Source: a virus
Virus record (IMG/VR): IMGVR_UViG_3300034093_002374
Span: 3,814 to 67,813 of that record
Length of the DNA: 64,000 bases
Strand: one strand, 5' to 3'
In this document: piece by piece, positions 48,469 to 57,822 of the stretch
Layout: every line of letters begins with the position of its first letter
Position numbering within the stretch: the first letter of the stretch is position 1
Notes under the pieces: generated by a model
Seen by the model: only the letters and a program-made list of their open reading frames with translations
Databases searched by the model: none
Told to the model about the DNA's origin: nothing
Program-made: the position numbers and the translations under genes

Positions 48469-49203
48469 ATGAAACCTCTCACGCCTGTCCCGCCCGGTTT
48501 ATTCCCACCGTCCAAGTCTACGACCGTTCCCTCTATAGCGACGGCACCCCAAGGCCCTGGTGGTCCACTCTCACCGAGCGTTCCATCACCACCTTTAACG
48601 ACGATGACTGTCCCAGCGGTCTCGGCAACGCCGCCAGTTCCTGGGATGCCGAAAGAGCAGGTCCCGTCGCTCTCACCGGTGACACCCTCACCTTTGAAGA
48701 AGTTATCGGTACCGTCACTGTCACCACCACTCTCCGTCCCCGCGCCGGTAATAGAGAAACTCAGCACGCCATCTCCCCTTGGTTTTTCTGTGCCGCCGTT
48801 GAAAGCACCGTCAACAGAGGTTAAAGTACAGGTTGTTACGCTTACCTTAGACGACTTAGTAACTAAAGACTCTAAGAAACCTATACCTGTCATACGTGGA
48901 CCACTTCCGACATTCATGGAAGTTTACATGTCTGAAATGGAGACAGGTTCAGTTGACTTCTCCCCTCGGTCTGGTTTTATTCGAACTCAACGTTGGGCAA
49001 GAATGATTTCAGAGCAACTCGTCGAACGACTCAGTAAAGAGCCTGGTGTCACTGTCACTCATCAGCAGTGTGGTGATTTAGCCGCCGCTAGAGTTCATTT
49101 AGAAAAAGCTCTCAATCATCTTGATCAAACAGGGTGGTGTATGGAGTGCGTGGCTAAAAAATCCGTCGACGGCATTCACGGTGATGCTACAATTTTGCCT
49201 TAA
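48469..49203 (+). CDS. Hypothetical protein with Pro/Ser-rich N-terminal half
   Basis: AGGTG RBS; ~120 aa low-complexity tract then a short globular part. Confidence 0.65.
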   Translation: MKPLTPVPPGLFPPSKSTTVPSIATAPQGPGGPLSPSVPSPPLTTMTVPAVSATPPVPGMPKEQVPSLSPVTPSPLKKLSVPSLSPPLSVPAPVIEKLSTPSPLGFSVPPLKAPSTEVKVQVVTLTLDDLVTKDSKKPIPVIRGPLPTFMEVYMSEMETGSVDFSPRSGFIRTQRWARMISEQLVERLSKEPGVTVTHQQCGDLAAARVHLEKALNHLDQTGWCMECVAKKSVDGIHGDATILP

Positions 49204-49217
49204 CTAGACGAGAAACA

Positions 49218-49894
49218 ATGTCTAACATAGCTAAGCTTGAGCGCTTTTCCAGATTTGCAGTAACTCAAGGTTATTGTACCACGCTTTATCGATCAGGCCA
49301 GCCTCTAGGTGTTTATATTGATAATGCTTGGTGTTATATTAAGTTAACTGATGGGATAATTACAACAATTCCACAGCCTCTTAAAAAATTGTTTAAAGCG
49401 TTTGAAGATCATCGACCTATAGCGTCTTACGTTGAACGACCCAAAGGTCAACGGCGTCGTTTGAAAATAAAGCACCCAGACGTAGTATAAATCAACATAA
49501 ATTATTTCAAAAGAGATAACTGATGCAAGTAGAAACAACACAAGTTCAATCAATACAGCTTACTCTTCTTAAACTCAATGTAAGAGAGCGATCTTGGCTT
49601 ATTGGTCTTTCGCACGATTGGCTGACCACGCCACGACATTTAGTGACGTCCTATAGTTGCGACCTTAAAGATGCTCAAGCAGCTTTTAAAAAGTTTCGTG
49701 AGCTTGGTTTAGTGACTTACGAAACACGACACGATGAAAACGGTCGCTTAAAAGGACGAGCGTATGCTCTCAGCCTTTTCGGCCTAAACGTAAAAGACGC
49801 TCTGATTAAGTTGACTGTTAATACAAAACTTGCAAACACTAAAACCAAAATGCCTTTTTGGAAGTCGTGGACTCTTAAGCTTTTTAGGAAGTAA
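49218..49894 (+). other. Two hypothetical CDS (49218-49490, 49523-49894; second possibly winged-helix)
   Basis: ORF track; AAFKKFRELGLVTY..GRAYALS resembles a wHTH wing. Confidence 0.55.
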
Positions 49895-50122
49895 CGCAAC
49901 TTTTGTCTAACCTTCCGCCCAAGTCTCCTCTCATCACACACGGTGAGAGGTTTCTTGGTCTGAAGAGGGACAGACTTGCTTCACTGGCACTCTCTCTAAC
50001 TCACCGTTGCCAGTATGCTAACCCAAAAGGAGGCTGTTATGTAAAACGCTTGGGCTCTCGACCACAGCTTAAAACTGTCGATGACCTGTGATGTCATATT
50101 AAACTCACCCTCCCTAATAAAC

Positions 50123-50196
50123 TTTCTCCTCAACTTTACTTGTCCTTCGTGGATAGGTGAAGTTGAGGAGAGTTCTTTCTTTATTTTTTTATTTTT
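50123..50196 (+). terminator. Very long hairpin terminator
   Basis: 22-bp stem TTCTCCTCAACTTTACTTGTCC / GGATAGGTGAAGTTGAGGAGAG (all non-WC pairs are G-U) then a long T tract. Confidence 0.8.
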
Positions 50197-50224
50197 ACTG
50201 GCTAACTCAACTTAGCCTTGACCA

Positions 50225-50244
50225 GACCCCGTTAACTTAACCCA
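50225..50244 (+). promoter_or_regulatory. Motif A copy 4 (GACCCCGTTAACTTAACCCA)
   Basis: Just after the strong terminator, at the start of the packaging/late region. Confidence 0.65.
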
Positions 50245-50548
50245 AGGAGGTCTCCCGAGAGACTCCCCCTCGCCAGAGGGCGACGAGGAATCACTCTTCG
50301 ACTCCAGGGGTTTTTGTTGTAACAAAACCCCTCTCCCAGAGACGTGGGCGTCCCCAAGATATATTTATAAAGATTTTGGTGACGTTTAGTTATTAAACAC
50401 TTCTTTAAAGAGCGGGATGAGGCTTGGTGATGACAGTGATCGGTGATGCATTTCTTGACTTTTCGATGCCGGTCATGTGGTGTTATTTGTCAACCCGCCG
50501 TCATCAACTTTCTGTACAGGCAAATACAATAAAGCTATCTATACATAA

Positions 50549-50890
50549 ATGATAGGAACAACAATGGAAAAGATTATTCTGGTGATCGCTATTATTGCGA
50601 TCGTTTGCGGTGTTGCTTGGATTGCTTTGGCTTTCCTTGAGCCACTTATTGATCGTGTTGGCAATAAAGTCAAAGATGTGGTGCTAAAAGAATATGTCCC
50701 ACCAGCGCCGTTGGCTTCGTTGAATACTATTCAACATATTCCGATAGCTGTGCCAACCGACTCAGGCCGCTCACTGCAATTTCTACGTGCCGGTGTTATT
50801 AAGAGTGTTGACCGCCGTGGTCGTACAATCTATCGCCGTAACGGTCGTATTATTTCTCGTAAAGAGGCAGTGCAACTGGAAGTTAAATGA
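50549..50890 (+). CDS. Membrane-anchored hypothetical protein
   Basis: N-terminal TM helix; start may be ATG 50564. Confidence 0.65.
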   Translation: MIGTTMEKIILVIAIIAIVCGVAWIALAFLEPLIDRVGNKVKDVVLKEYVPPAPLASLNTIQHIPIAVPTDSGRSLQFLRAGVIKSVDRRGRTIYRRNGRIISRKEAVQLEVK

Positions 50891-50981
50891 AAAAACCCTT
50901 CAACTCACCGTGGTTTATCACTACGGTAACATGTTCAAGTGTTGTGTTTATTGTCTTTTCCTCGCTATTGGTGTTCAGCTA

Positions 50982-51191
50982 ATGTCGCGCGGTTTTAAGA
51001 CTTTTACAACCACCCGTGATGTCGTCATTCCTGCAGGGACTCTTATTCAGGCACCTCCAAGTAAATCCAGTCGTTGGGGTCGTGATTGGGAGGGTGTTGT
51101 TGAGCTTGACCGCGATCACACCGGCTGGTTTAGCCTCGATTTAAATGACGCTATTGACACCGGACTAGTTCAAGAAGTATCTAGCAAATAA
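50982..51191 (+). CDS. Hypothetical protein
   Basis: Likely start ATG 50982 within the track ORF. Confidence 0.5.
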   Translation: MSRGFKTFTTTRDVVIPAGTLIQAPPSKSSRWGRDWEGVVELDRDHTGWFSLDLNDAIDTGLVQEVSSK

Positions 51192-51207
51192 CTCATTTAA
51201 CGCGCTA

Positions 51208-52470
51208 ATGCGTGTCCCTGATAACCAACCAGTGGACAATAAAATGGTGCAAATGAGTGACCCGCCAGAGTGGGCGACAGCTACTCAATTACGTTACGTA
51301 GAAGTTTATGAAAGACTTGGTTCTTACTCAAGAGCGGCGGAAGCAGTAGGTGTTTCAAGACAGTCTTTTACAAAGACAATTGAAGCATACTATGAAAAAG
51401 CAGCAAGACATGGTTTAGCGCCCGGTCATTTTAATAATGGTGTCCCTCCGGGTTACCTTATGGGTAAGGTCACCATTCAACGACGACAAGAAGACGGTAC
51501 GTTTACTTGGGAGAGAGTTTCTCCTTATACGGAAACCGTGCAAAGCATGATTCGTGATGGTGTTGAATCCTTTATGGAAACACCTATTATCGTTCCGGCA
51601 TTTGAGTGTCCGGCTTATGACACTGACGTAATCCCTTGGATACAAATCGGTGACGCACATATCGGCATGCTTGCTCATGAAGCAGAAGCAGGTGCTGCAT
51701 TTAATGTCGAGATTGCTCAAAGAGAGCTATGTGCCGCTTTTAAGCTTATCATAGACCAGATACAGCCTTGCGAACGTATTGTCGTCAACGACCTCGGTGA
51801 CAGAGACCATGTAGAGAACACCGAAAAAGTAACAGCTAACTCACGACACCCGTTGGACGCTGAAAGACCGCGTCTGATGATACGTACTTCAAGCAAAGTG
51901 ATGCGGTTTGTGATCGATCTTGCGCTTACAAAAGCGAAGTATGTTGATGTCATTATCAACCAAGGTAATCACAGCCGCTTCGGTGACTTCTTTATGAATG
52001 AACTGCTTGAAGTGGCTTACGCTAACAGTGGTGGTCGTGTCAACGTTATCGATAATGAGAACGTCTTTATCGGTTACAGAATGGGTAAAACTTTTGTAAT
52101 GACGCATCACAGTGACAAATGTCCTGTCGAGCGTCTACCCGGTGTGCTGATAAGCGATTTTAAACAAGATTTCAGTGAGACTGACTTTCATTATATTGAC
52201 ATCGGTCACATTCATCACAAAATGACTTCAAAAGAACGCGACGGAATTGTTGTAGAGTCTTGGAATACGCTAGCTAGAGGCGACAAATGGCATAAAGATA
52301 GTGGCTATCGTGCTCGTCAAAGTATGTCTCTAGTGTTTCGTAGTAAGACTTATGGAGAAGTCGGCAGACGTCTCGTACCTATCCAAATGGTGTACGACGC
52401 AATTAAACGTGGACATAACGCGGTTGGTCTTACGTTCATGCCAAGTATACGAAGAGCTTTCACAGTTTAA
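51208..52470 (+). CDS. Calcineurin-like metallophosphoesterase with N-terminal HTH
   Basis: IGDAHIG, DLGD, QGNH, THH, IGHIHH; GSYSRAAEAVGVSRQS helix-turn-helix. Confidence 0.8.
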   Translation: MRVPDNQPVDNKMVQMSDPPEWATATQLRYVEVYERLGSYSRAAEAVGVSRQSFTKTIEAYYEKAARHGLAPGHFNNGVPPGYLMGKVTIQRRQEDGTFTWERVSPYTETVQSMIRDGVESFMETPIIVPAFECPAYDTDVIPWIQIGDAHIGMLAHEAEAGAAFNVEIAQRELCAAFKLIIDQIQPCERIVVNDLGDRDHVENTEKVTANSRHPLDAERPRLMIRTSSKVMRFVIDLALTKAKYVDVIINQGNHSRFGDFFMNELLEVAYANSGGRVNVIDNENVFIGYRMGKTFVMTHHSDKCPVERLPGVLISDFKQDFSETDFHYIDIGHIHHKMTSKERDGIVVESWNTLARGDKWHKDSGYRARQSMSLVFRSKTYGEVGRRLVPIQMVYDAIKRGHNAVGLTFMPSIRRAFTV

Positions 52471-52479
52471 GGTAAACAT

Positions 52480-52851
52480 ATGACAGACGCCTCTCAGGGC
52501 GATGCGCCCAAGGGCCGTCCGTCCAAAGAACATAAAAGTTTGGCTCGCTTAAATGAGCTTAAGTTCGACCCTATGCAACGTGTGGTTGATAACTACCGTA
52601 GGCTAGAAGGTGAACTCGCCTGGTGGGAAGGCATCAGAGACGGTTCTATTGTCTCACTACTAGCATCGGGTAAAGAGCGTTCTTACAGCTTCGACGCTCA
52701 CATGCGGATTTATGAGCAGCTCAACACTGTCGCAGATCGTCTTATGCGATACGGCTACGGTCGTGTGCCCGAGACACAAATCACTGAGAATAGGGGTCGC
52801 GTACCCTTCGTAATCAATCTATCAGGCAATTCTGAGAAAAACGAGGGTTAA
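52480..52851 (+). CDS. Putative terminase small subunit
   Basis: KGRPSK...LNELKFDP...LMRYGY helical protein upstream of TerL; mainly synteny. Confidence 0.45.
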   Translation: MTDASQGDAPKGRPSKEHKSLARLNELKFDPMQRVVDNYRRLEGELAWWEGIRDGSIVSLLASGKERSYSFDAHMRIYEQLNTVADRLMRYGYGRVPETQITENRGRVPFVINLSGNSEKNEG

Positions 52852-52855
52852 ATAA

Positions 52856-53451
52856 ATGTCTACTATTCTACATACAGGTTTGCGAAGCTTGCTAGAAACG
52901 GTTTATGGCGTCGCTCGTAGTGAACGTCGTATTGTTATCGTTATTGAAGACGGTAAGGCTCTAGAAGTGCGTACCGAGCATGAGCCATCAACACGTGTCA
53001 TACCTTCTTACAGCGAGTTTGTAGAACATTTTGTTGAGAAACGCTTTGAGCCGGTTACACCAAGTCCTTTTAAAAGTCCTACGGCTGCTGACGTACCGCC
53101 TTTCTTTCAAGCACCTACGTCAGGTGAAGGCGGGGCCACGATTTCAGAGGTCGTTCAACAACTCTTGGACGCTAATCCAGGAGCGACGCTTTCGACTATG
53201 CCAGACACAGCAATAACAATCAGTCTCAAGGAGGATCCACCATGGTCGGTTTAGCGATCCTCTCTGCGCTGCCTTGTAAGGCCTGTAACAAACGTCCTGT
53301 GTGGCATACTCAAATGCGTAACACGTTGAGGTGTCCTCCCGGTCAAGTGTTTCTGTCGGACAGCGAAGAAATCTTTTGTGACTCTTTTCTGACAAGATCG
53401 ACGCAAGACGTAGCGGTCCAGGACTGGAATGAACGGCAAAGACATGGCTGA
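52856..53451 (+). other. Two hypothetical CDS (52856-53254; 53242-53451 Cys-containing)
   Basis: Coupled ORFs with RBS. Confidence 0.55.
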
Positions 53452-54838
53452 AGTCAACCTACATGAAGGTCAAACAGCCGTTTTTAAAGACATCTTTCTA
53501 AACTTTGACGACACGCTCGGAGAAGACGGTCTTCCGCTTCTTCTTACAATGGTGTACGTTGTAGCCTGCTGCTCACGTGGTTGGGGGAAGTCTTTTGAGA
53601 TGACCGTTTGTGCAATGACCGCTGTGGTTGAGTTGATGGAACTTGATGACGACGTTCCTAACAAGAACGTTTGGATTATTGCGCCTACGTATGACCAAGT
53701 TACCGAAATTTACTGGCCTATCCTAATCATGTTAGGTGCCACCGAGTACGCTGAGAAATCGTCTAAATCAGATGGTTACTTAGAGTTTCCCGGCAACGTT
53801 CGTCTAGAACTCATCTCGTATGAGTCTGTTGAACGAATGCGTGGTAAAGGCGCTTATTTTGTGGGTTGGGACGAGGTCTCTTCTTGCCACAAAGGAATGC
53901 CCGCTAAAGAAGCCTGGGAAGGCATTATTCAACCGTGTATCGTGACGCGTTGGTCTCCTAAAGCCGCAAGAATGCACGGCTCTAAACGAGCCGGAAGGCT
54001 TTTTGCAATCAGTACTCCTAAAGGGTACAACTTCTTTTATGATATGTACAACTACGCTGAGACAGATCCTGAATGGAAAAGTCATCATTTTGATTTTACT
54101 CAGAGTCCTTATCTTGACGAAGAACAAATCGAGAAGCTACGCTCTAAGATGGACCCCATCAGGTTTGCACAAGAATACCTGGCAACCTTTAAAGATTCTG
54201 GTAACAACGTCTTTTACATGCTCGACAGAAAAGTCCATGCACGAAGAGACCTTGCACCATTCAGACCTCCGGCAGACGATTCTAGCCGTGATGGTGAAGA
54301 TGTTCATGTGTGTATCGACTTTAACGTCGGTATCATGGCTGCATCGTGTTTTGCCTTAAGAGGCAGTCAAATGCAGTTCTTGCATGAATTCAAAGGGCAC
54401 CCTGACACAGACGCGCTCGGTAAACGTCTTCAAGAAAAATTTCGAGGACATAAAATTATTGCGTACCCTGACCCTTCAGGTAAGGCAAGAAAATCATCCG
54501 CAGCAGTAGGTGTCACTGACTTCTCTATTTTGCAATCTTACGGCATTGAAATACGAGCACGCTCAAAAGCGCCTCCTATTGTTGATTCTGTGAACGCTGT
54601 TAATAGACTTCTCATGAATGCCAACGGTGTAGTGTCTATCTTAATTGATCCCGTAGCATGTCCTGGAACACTCGACTCTCTTGAAAGAACTTCATGGGTT
54701 GACCGTAATCCAGATTTGGCAACGATTGATAAAACAGCCGGAGTTGAACACTTCTCTGACGGTGTCCGTTACGCCGCTGAATACTTGTTCCCTGTTACCG
54801 GTGGTACTAAGAAAACTTCAATGGGTCGTTCGTTCTGA
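53444..54838 (+). CDS. Terminase large subunit
   Basis: CSRGWGKS Walker A, IAPTYDQ, GWDE Walker B, ISTPKG, CIDFN, YPDPSG, HFSDGVRY nuclease motifs. Confidence 0.93.
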   Translation: MAEVNLHEGQTAVFKDIFLNFDDTLGEDGLPLLLTMVYVVACCSRGWGKSFEMTVCAMTAVVELMELDDDVPNKNVWIIAPTYDQVTEIYWPILIMLGATEYAEKSSKSDGYLEFPGNVRLELISYESVERMRGKGAYFVGWDEVSSCHKGMPAKEAWEGIIQPCIVTRWSPKAARMHGSKRAGRLFAISTPKGYNFFYDMYNYAETDPEWKSHHFDFTQSPYLDEEQIEKLRSKMDPIRFAQEYLATFKDSGNNVFYMLDRKVHARRDLAPFRPPADDSSRDGEDVHVCIDFNVGIMAASCFALRGSQMQFLHEFKGHPDTDALGKRLQEKFRGHKIIAYPDPSGKARKSSAAVGVTDFSILQSYGIEIRARSKAPPIVDSVNAVNRLLMNANGVVSILIDPVACPGTLDSLERTSWVDRNPDLATIDKTAGVEHFSDGVRYAAEYLFPVTGGTKKTSMGRSF

Positions 54839-54861
54839 CCAAAGTACAGTAAGGAAATTCC

Positions 54862-55395
54862 ATGATCAGAACGCTCACATACGAGCAGAAAGACGCGTTG
54901 CTCACTACGTTGTGGGATCGCTCGCTTGTCGGTGTGGCGTTGGTCACTAAAGAGGGGCGTTTTGAGTTTGCCAACCAGGCTTTCTGTAGACTCCTTGAGT
55001 ACTCAGAAACAGAGCTTCGCAATCGTCATTTTCAAGAACTAACTCACCCAGACGACGTACATGCAGACGTTTCAATGTCCCGTGACATCACGCTTCGTGA
55101 AGCTGATGAATACACGATGCGTAAACGTTACATTACGAAGACTGGTAAAGTCGTTTGGATGATTTTACATGTGCAGGGACTTATCGTTAACGATGAGCTT
55201 CATTATTTCGTGTCTCAAATTTCAGAAATAATTCCTGTACTAAACACAGAAAGAGTTGCGCCTAAACGAACTTCAATATCAACTAGCGCTTTTCGATTTG
55301 TCAAGGATAACCTTGCTTGGATTGTTTTGGCGCTTAGTGGTTTTGCTTACATTGTTGCTGAAATCCTAAAATCCCTCGATGAAGGATCGAAATGA
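54862..55395 (+). CDS. PAS/PAC-domain protein with C-terminal TM helix
   Basis: GRFEFANQAFCRLLEYSETEL...FQELTHPDD...KRYITKTGKVVW PAS signature; LAWIVLALSGFAYIVAEIL. Confidence 0.85.
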   Translation: MIRTLTYEQKDALLTTLWDRSLVGVALVTKEGRFEFANQAFCRLLEYSETELRNRHFQELTHPDDVHADVSMSRDITLREADEYTMRKRYITKTGKVVWMILHVQGLIVNDELHYFVSQISEIIPVLNTERVAPKRTSISTSAFRFVKDNLAWIVLALSGFAYIVAEILKSLDEGSK

Positions 55396-55531
55396 GTAAA
55401 AGCGTTCTATTGAACACTGTTGCTAAGGCCCCTCTTTGGGCCGCGTTAATGTGGAAATGTCGCTAAGGGCAGTCCACGGAGACGTAAGTCCCGACAACCT
55501 ACCTCACATCATTTATTTATAGAGAATTTTT

Positions 55532-55888
55532 ATGTCTGATAACCAATTTCAGCCGCGTGTCGCCAACATTGCTTATCAAAGCGTTTTTGGTTCTAGTGTA
55601 GTGTTTGCAGTCGTGACGATGCAAAACGGTTTCATTGTCACCGGTCAAGCGCCTTGTGTTCGCCTTGAGCACTTCGATCAACAAGCCGCTATGGAAGCTG
55701 CGCTTCAAGACGCCATGTCAAAAGTTTTCATGCTTGAATCGTATTTCCTTGCTGAAGTCGCTATGCAGGAATTCCAACGCGCTCAACTTGAAGCTGATCG
55801 TGTTCAAGAAGAACGTGCTGAAGAAATAACGCTTGAAGCAGCACGTACTCGTCAGGCCGATTCATCGCACCTTGTTGAAGCGCAGTGA
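55532..55888 (+). CDS. N4 gp49/Sf6 gp66-family protein
   Basis: VTMQNGFIVTGQAPCV..EHFD...A..DA.SKVF.LE.Y pattern recalled for this family. Confidence 0.7.
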   Translation: MSDNQFQPRVANIAYQSVFGSSVVFAVVTMQNGFIVTGQAPCVRLEHFDQQAAMEAALQDAMSKVFMLESYFLAEVAMQEFQRAQLEADRVQEERAEEITLEAARTRQADSSHLVEAQ

Positions 55889-56076
55889 CTACCTGGGTAG
55901 ACCGCCTCAAAGACGAACGCCGCGACCTTGTTCTTAGAATCGAAGCCCTCGCGCGTTATAAACTGTCAGACGAGTTTAGGACACTGCCCAAACAAACACA
56001 GCAGTTGATGATGGATCAACATCGTCACATGAATGCTTACGCAGACTGTCTTTACAACCGTCTAAAATTAACCTGA
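55885..56076 (+). CDS. Small helical-hairpin protein (crAss001_48-like)
   Basis: RLKDERRDL..RIEAL...F..L....Q.LM..Q...MNAY..CL..R. Confidence 0.6.
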   Translation: MTTWVDRLKDERRDLVLRIEALARYKLSDEFRTLPKQTQQLMMDQHRHMNAYADCLYNRLKLT

Positions 56077-56089
56077 TCAAGGAGTACGA

Positions 56090-56680
56090 ATGGCCAGGGA
56101 GAAACTGACAGAGGTCTCAACAGACCTCATAACCGATGCTGGTACGGTGCTCTGGTCTTTCATCAAAGGCGAGCAACTAGAATACCCCATCACTCTAGAT
56201 TTTCTTGAAGGTGCCGCAACAACAGGTTACGTTTTTGAAGCCGTTGTTGTCGAAGCGTTGAATGTTCTTGACCAACAAGAGCGTCCTACTACGATTAAGC
56301 CTGCCGGTGTTCAAACAGTACTCGTAGTCCGAAGACCTGATTTTGTCGGTGCTTGGAACGCTCTCACTCAATACAACTATGAAGAAGTTGTGTCTTATGG
56401 CGGTCTTTATTATCGCCTCTTGAGTGGCGTTGCTTACACAAGCGCAACGACGCCTGACTTAGACGCTACGTGGGAAGTAACCACGTTGTCACGGATTTAT
56501 GTTCAGTTCCCTAGTACGTTGGGTGCAACTTATGCTGTACAGCCGACGGTTCTGGGTTCTATTTATGGCTTCTTTGAACTGCGCGTTACTGAGCCAAATA
56601 ACAGTGTCTTTGTAAAGACCTGGAAACCGGTTCGTGGCATGGTAGAACTTCTTTTCAGCCCCACTGACATTGTTGCTTAG
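56090..56680 (+). CDS. Virion structural protein with CBM5/12-like insert
   Basis: AAGGAG RBS; GAWNALTQYNYEEVVSYGGLYY...TPDLDATW. Confidence 0.55.
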   Translation: MAREKLTEVSTDLITDAGTVLWSFIKGEQLEYPITLDFLEGAATTGYVFEAVVVEALNVLDQQERPTTIKPAGVQTVLVVRRPDFVGAWNALTQYNYEEVVSYGGLYYRLLSGVAYTSATTPDLDATWEVTTLSRIYVQFPSTLGATYAVQPTVLGSIYGFFELRVTEPNNSVFVKTWKPVRGMVELLFSPTDIVA

Positions 56681-56682
56681 CG

Positions 56683-57348
56683 ATGGTGATAAAGCGGGTT
56701 GACCTTTATACAAATACGCCAATTATTGCTGCTAAAGCACCGGTAATTCAAGCACGGTTGACTGAGACAAAAGATTTACAAATCCATCTTTCTATTGATT
56801 TAGCAAAGATGCGAACTGGTCTGTATCAGAAGTTTTATGAGTCGGCGCTGTTTGCTGAACTTGTAAATAAAGCGACTTCTATTAGCAAAATTGAAACTTT
56901 CGCTTCAACTGACCTTTTAACAATAGCATTCGGCAAAGTTGGTCAAGAAACAGTCGCTCTAGCTGAGAACATTGTAAAAGACTTCTCTCGTGTCAACTCG
57001 GAAACGTTTGCTGCTGCTGAACAGTTTAGCTTAGCCATTGCAAAAGAACTTTTAGACGCAGCTACCTCAGTAGACTTAATAACAATACATACAAATAAGC
57101 TTGTTCTAGATGTGCTCACTCCCACGGATGATTGGGCCGGAATTGCTAACATAGACGACGACCAGTATATTGATTTCGGCAAAAATTCTGTCGAGTATCT
57201 GACCATTCAAGAAAGCTTGATAAGAGACTCTGCCAAGGTAGCGGTAAATACAGTTTTGACTGTCGAATCGCGAATTGCCTGGATGCAAGACTACTGGGCC
57301 TTCGACTATAACGCGACTGACTATGTTGGTCTTTCCGCAACAATCTAG
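56683..57348 (+). CDS. Putative structural protein
   Basis: 221 aa, weak ~17-aa periodicity; synteny with fibre. Confidence 0.5.
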   Translation: MVIKRVDLYTNTPIIAAKAPVIQARLTETKDLQIHLSIDLAKMRTGLYQKFYESALFAELVNKATSISKIETFASTDLLTIAFGKVGQETVALAENIVKDFSRVNSETFAAAEQFSLAIAKELLDAATSVDLITIHTNKLVLDVLTPTDDWAGIANIDDDQYIDFGKNSVEYLTIQESLIRDSAKVAVNTVLTVESRIAWMQDYWAFDYNATDYVGLSATI

Positions 57349-57360
57349 AAAGGCATTTCG

Positions 57361-57810
57361 ATGCAAGACTGCTTGAAAGCAAAAGGCGAACTAACGATTC
57401 GTCTTACACGAGAAGACGGTTCTGTTGAAGAGACAAAGGTTAAAAACCTTATTGTTAATCTCGGCCTAGCGTATATCGTCTCCAGGATGAAAGACGCTGC
57501 CGCAACTGCTATGTCACACATGGCAATCGGCACGGGTACTACCGCTGCGTCTGGTGCTCAAACGGCTCTCGTTACTGAAGCCGCTCGGGTCGGTTTGACG
57601 TCGACCACTCTTGTTACTACCGTTGTAGCTAACGACGCTATTCAGTACGTCGCTACGTTTGGAGCAGGTGTCGGTACGGCTGCTATTACTGAAGCCGCGC
57701 TGCTTAACGCTAGCTCCGGTGGTACGATGTTGTGTCGTACGGCTTTCTCGGCGATTAATAAGGGTTCTCTTGATTCCCTTACGATCACCTGGAAAATTAC
57801 GGCTCAGTAA
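57361..57810 (+). CDS. Putative fibre-attachment/structural protein
   Basis: NLIVNLG...MAIGTGTTA....TAL..E...ITEAAL pattern of fibre N-terminal domains. Confidence 0.6.
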   Translation: MQDCLKAKGELTIRLTREDGSVEETKVKNLIVNLGLAYIVSRMKDAAATAMSHMAIGTGTTAASGAQTALVTEAARVGLTSTTLVTTVVANDAIQYVATFGAGVGTAAITEAALLNASSGGTMLCRTAFSAINKGSLDSLTITWKITAQ

Positions 57811-57822
57811 GGAGAGTTCTCG

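Noticed and set aside
48138-48917. Long alternative-frame ORFs (48138-48917 minus, 48462-48824 plus) and other minus-strand ORFs
   Set aside because: Shadows of low-complexity or codon-biased + strand genes; no RBS or motifs
50246-50306. tRNA gene (TTCGACTCCA)
   Set aside because: No proper T-stem or D-arm and too short; no canonical tRNA recognised anywhere in the window
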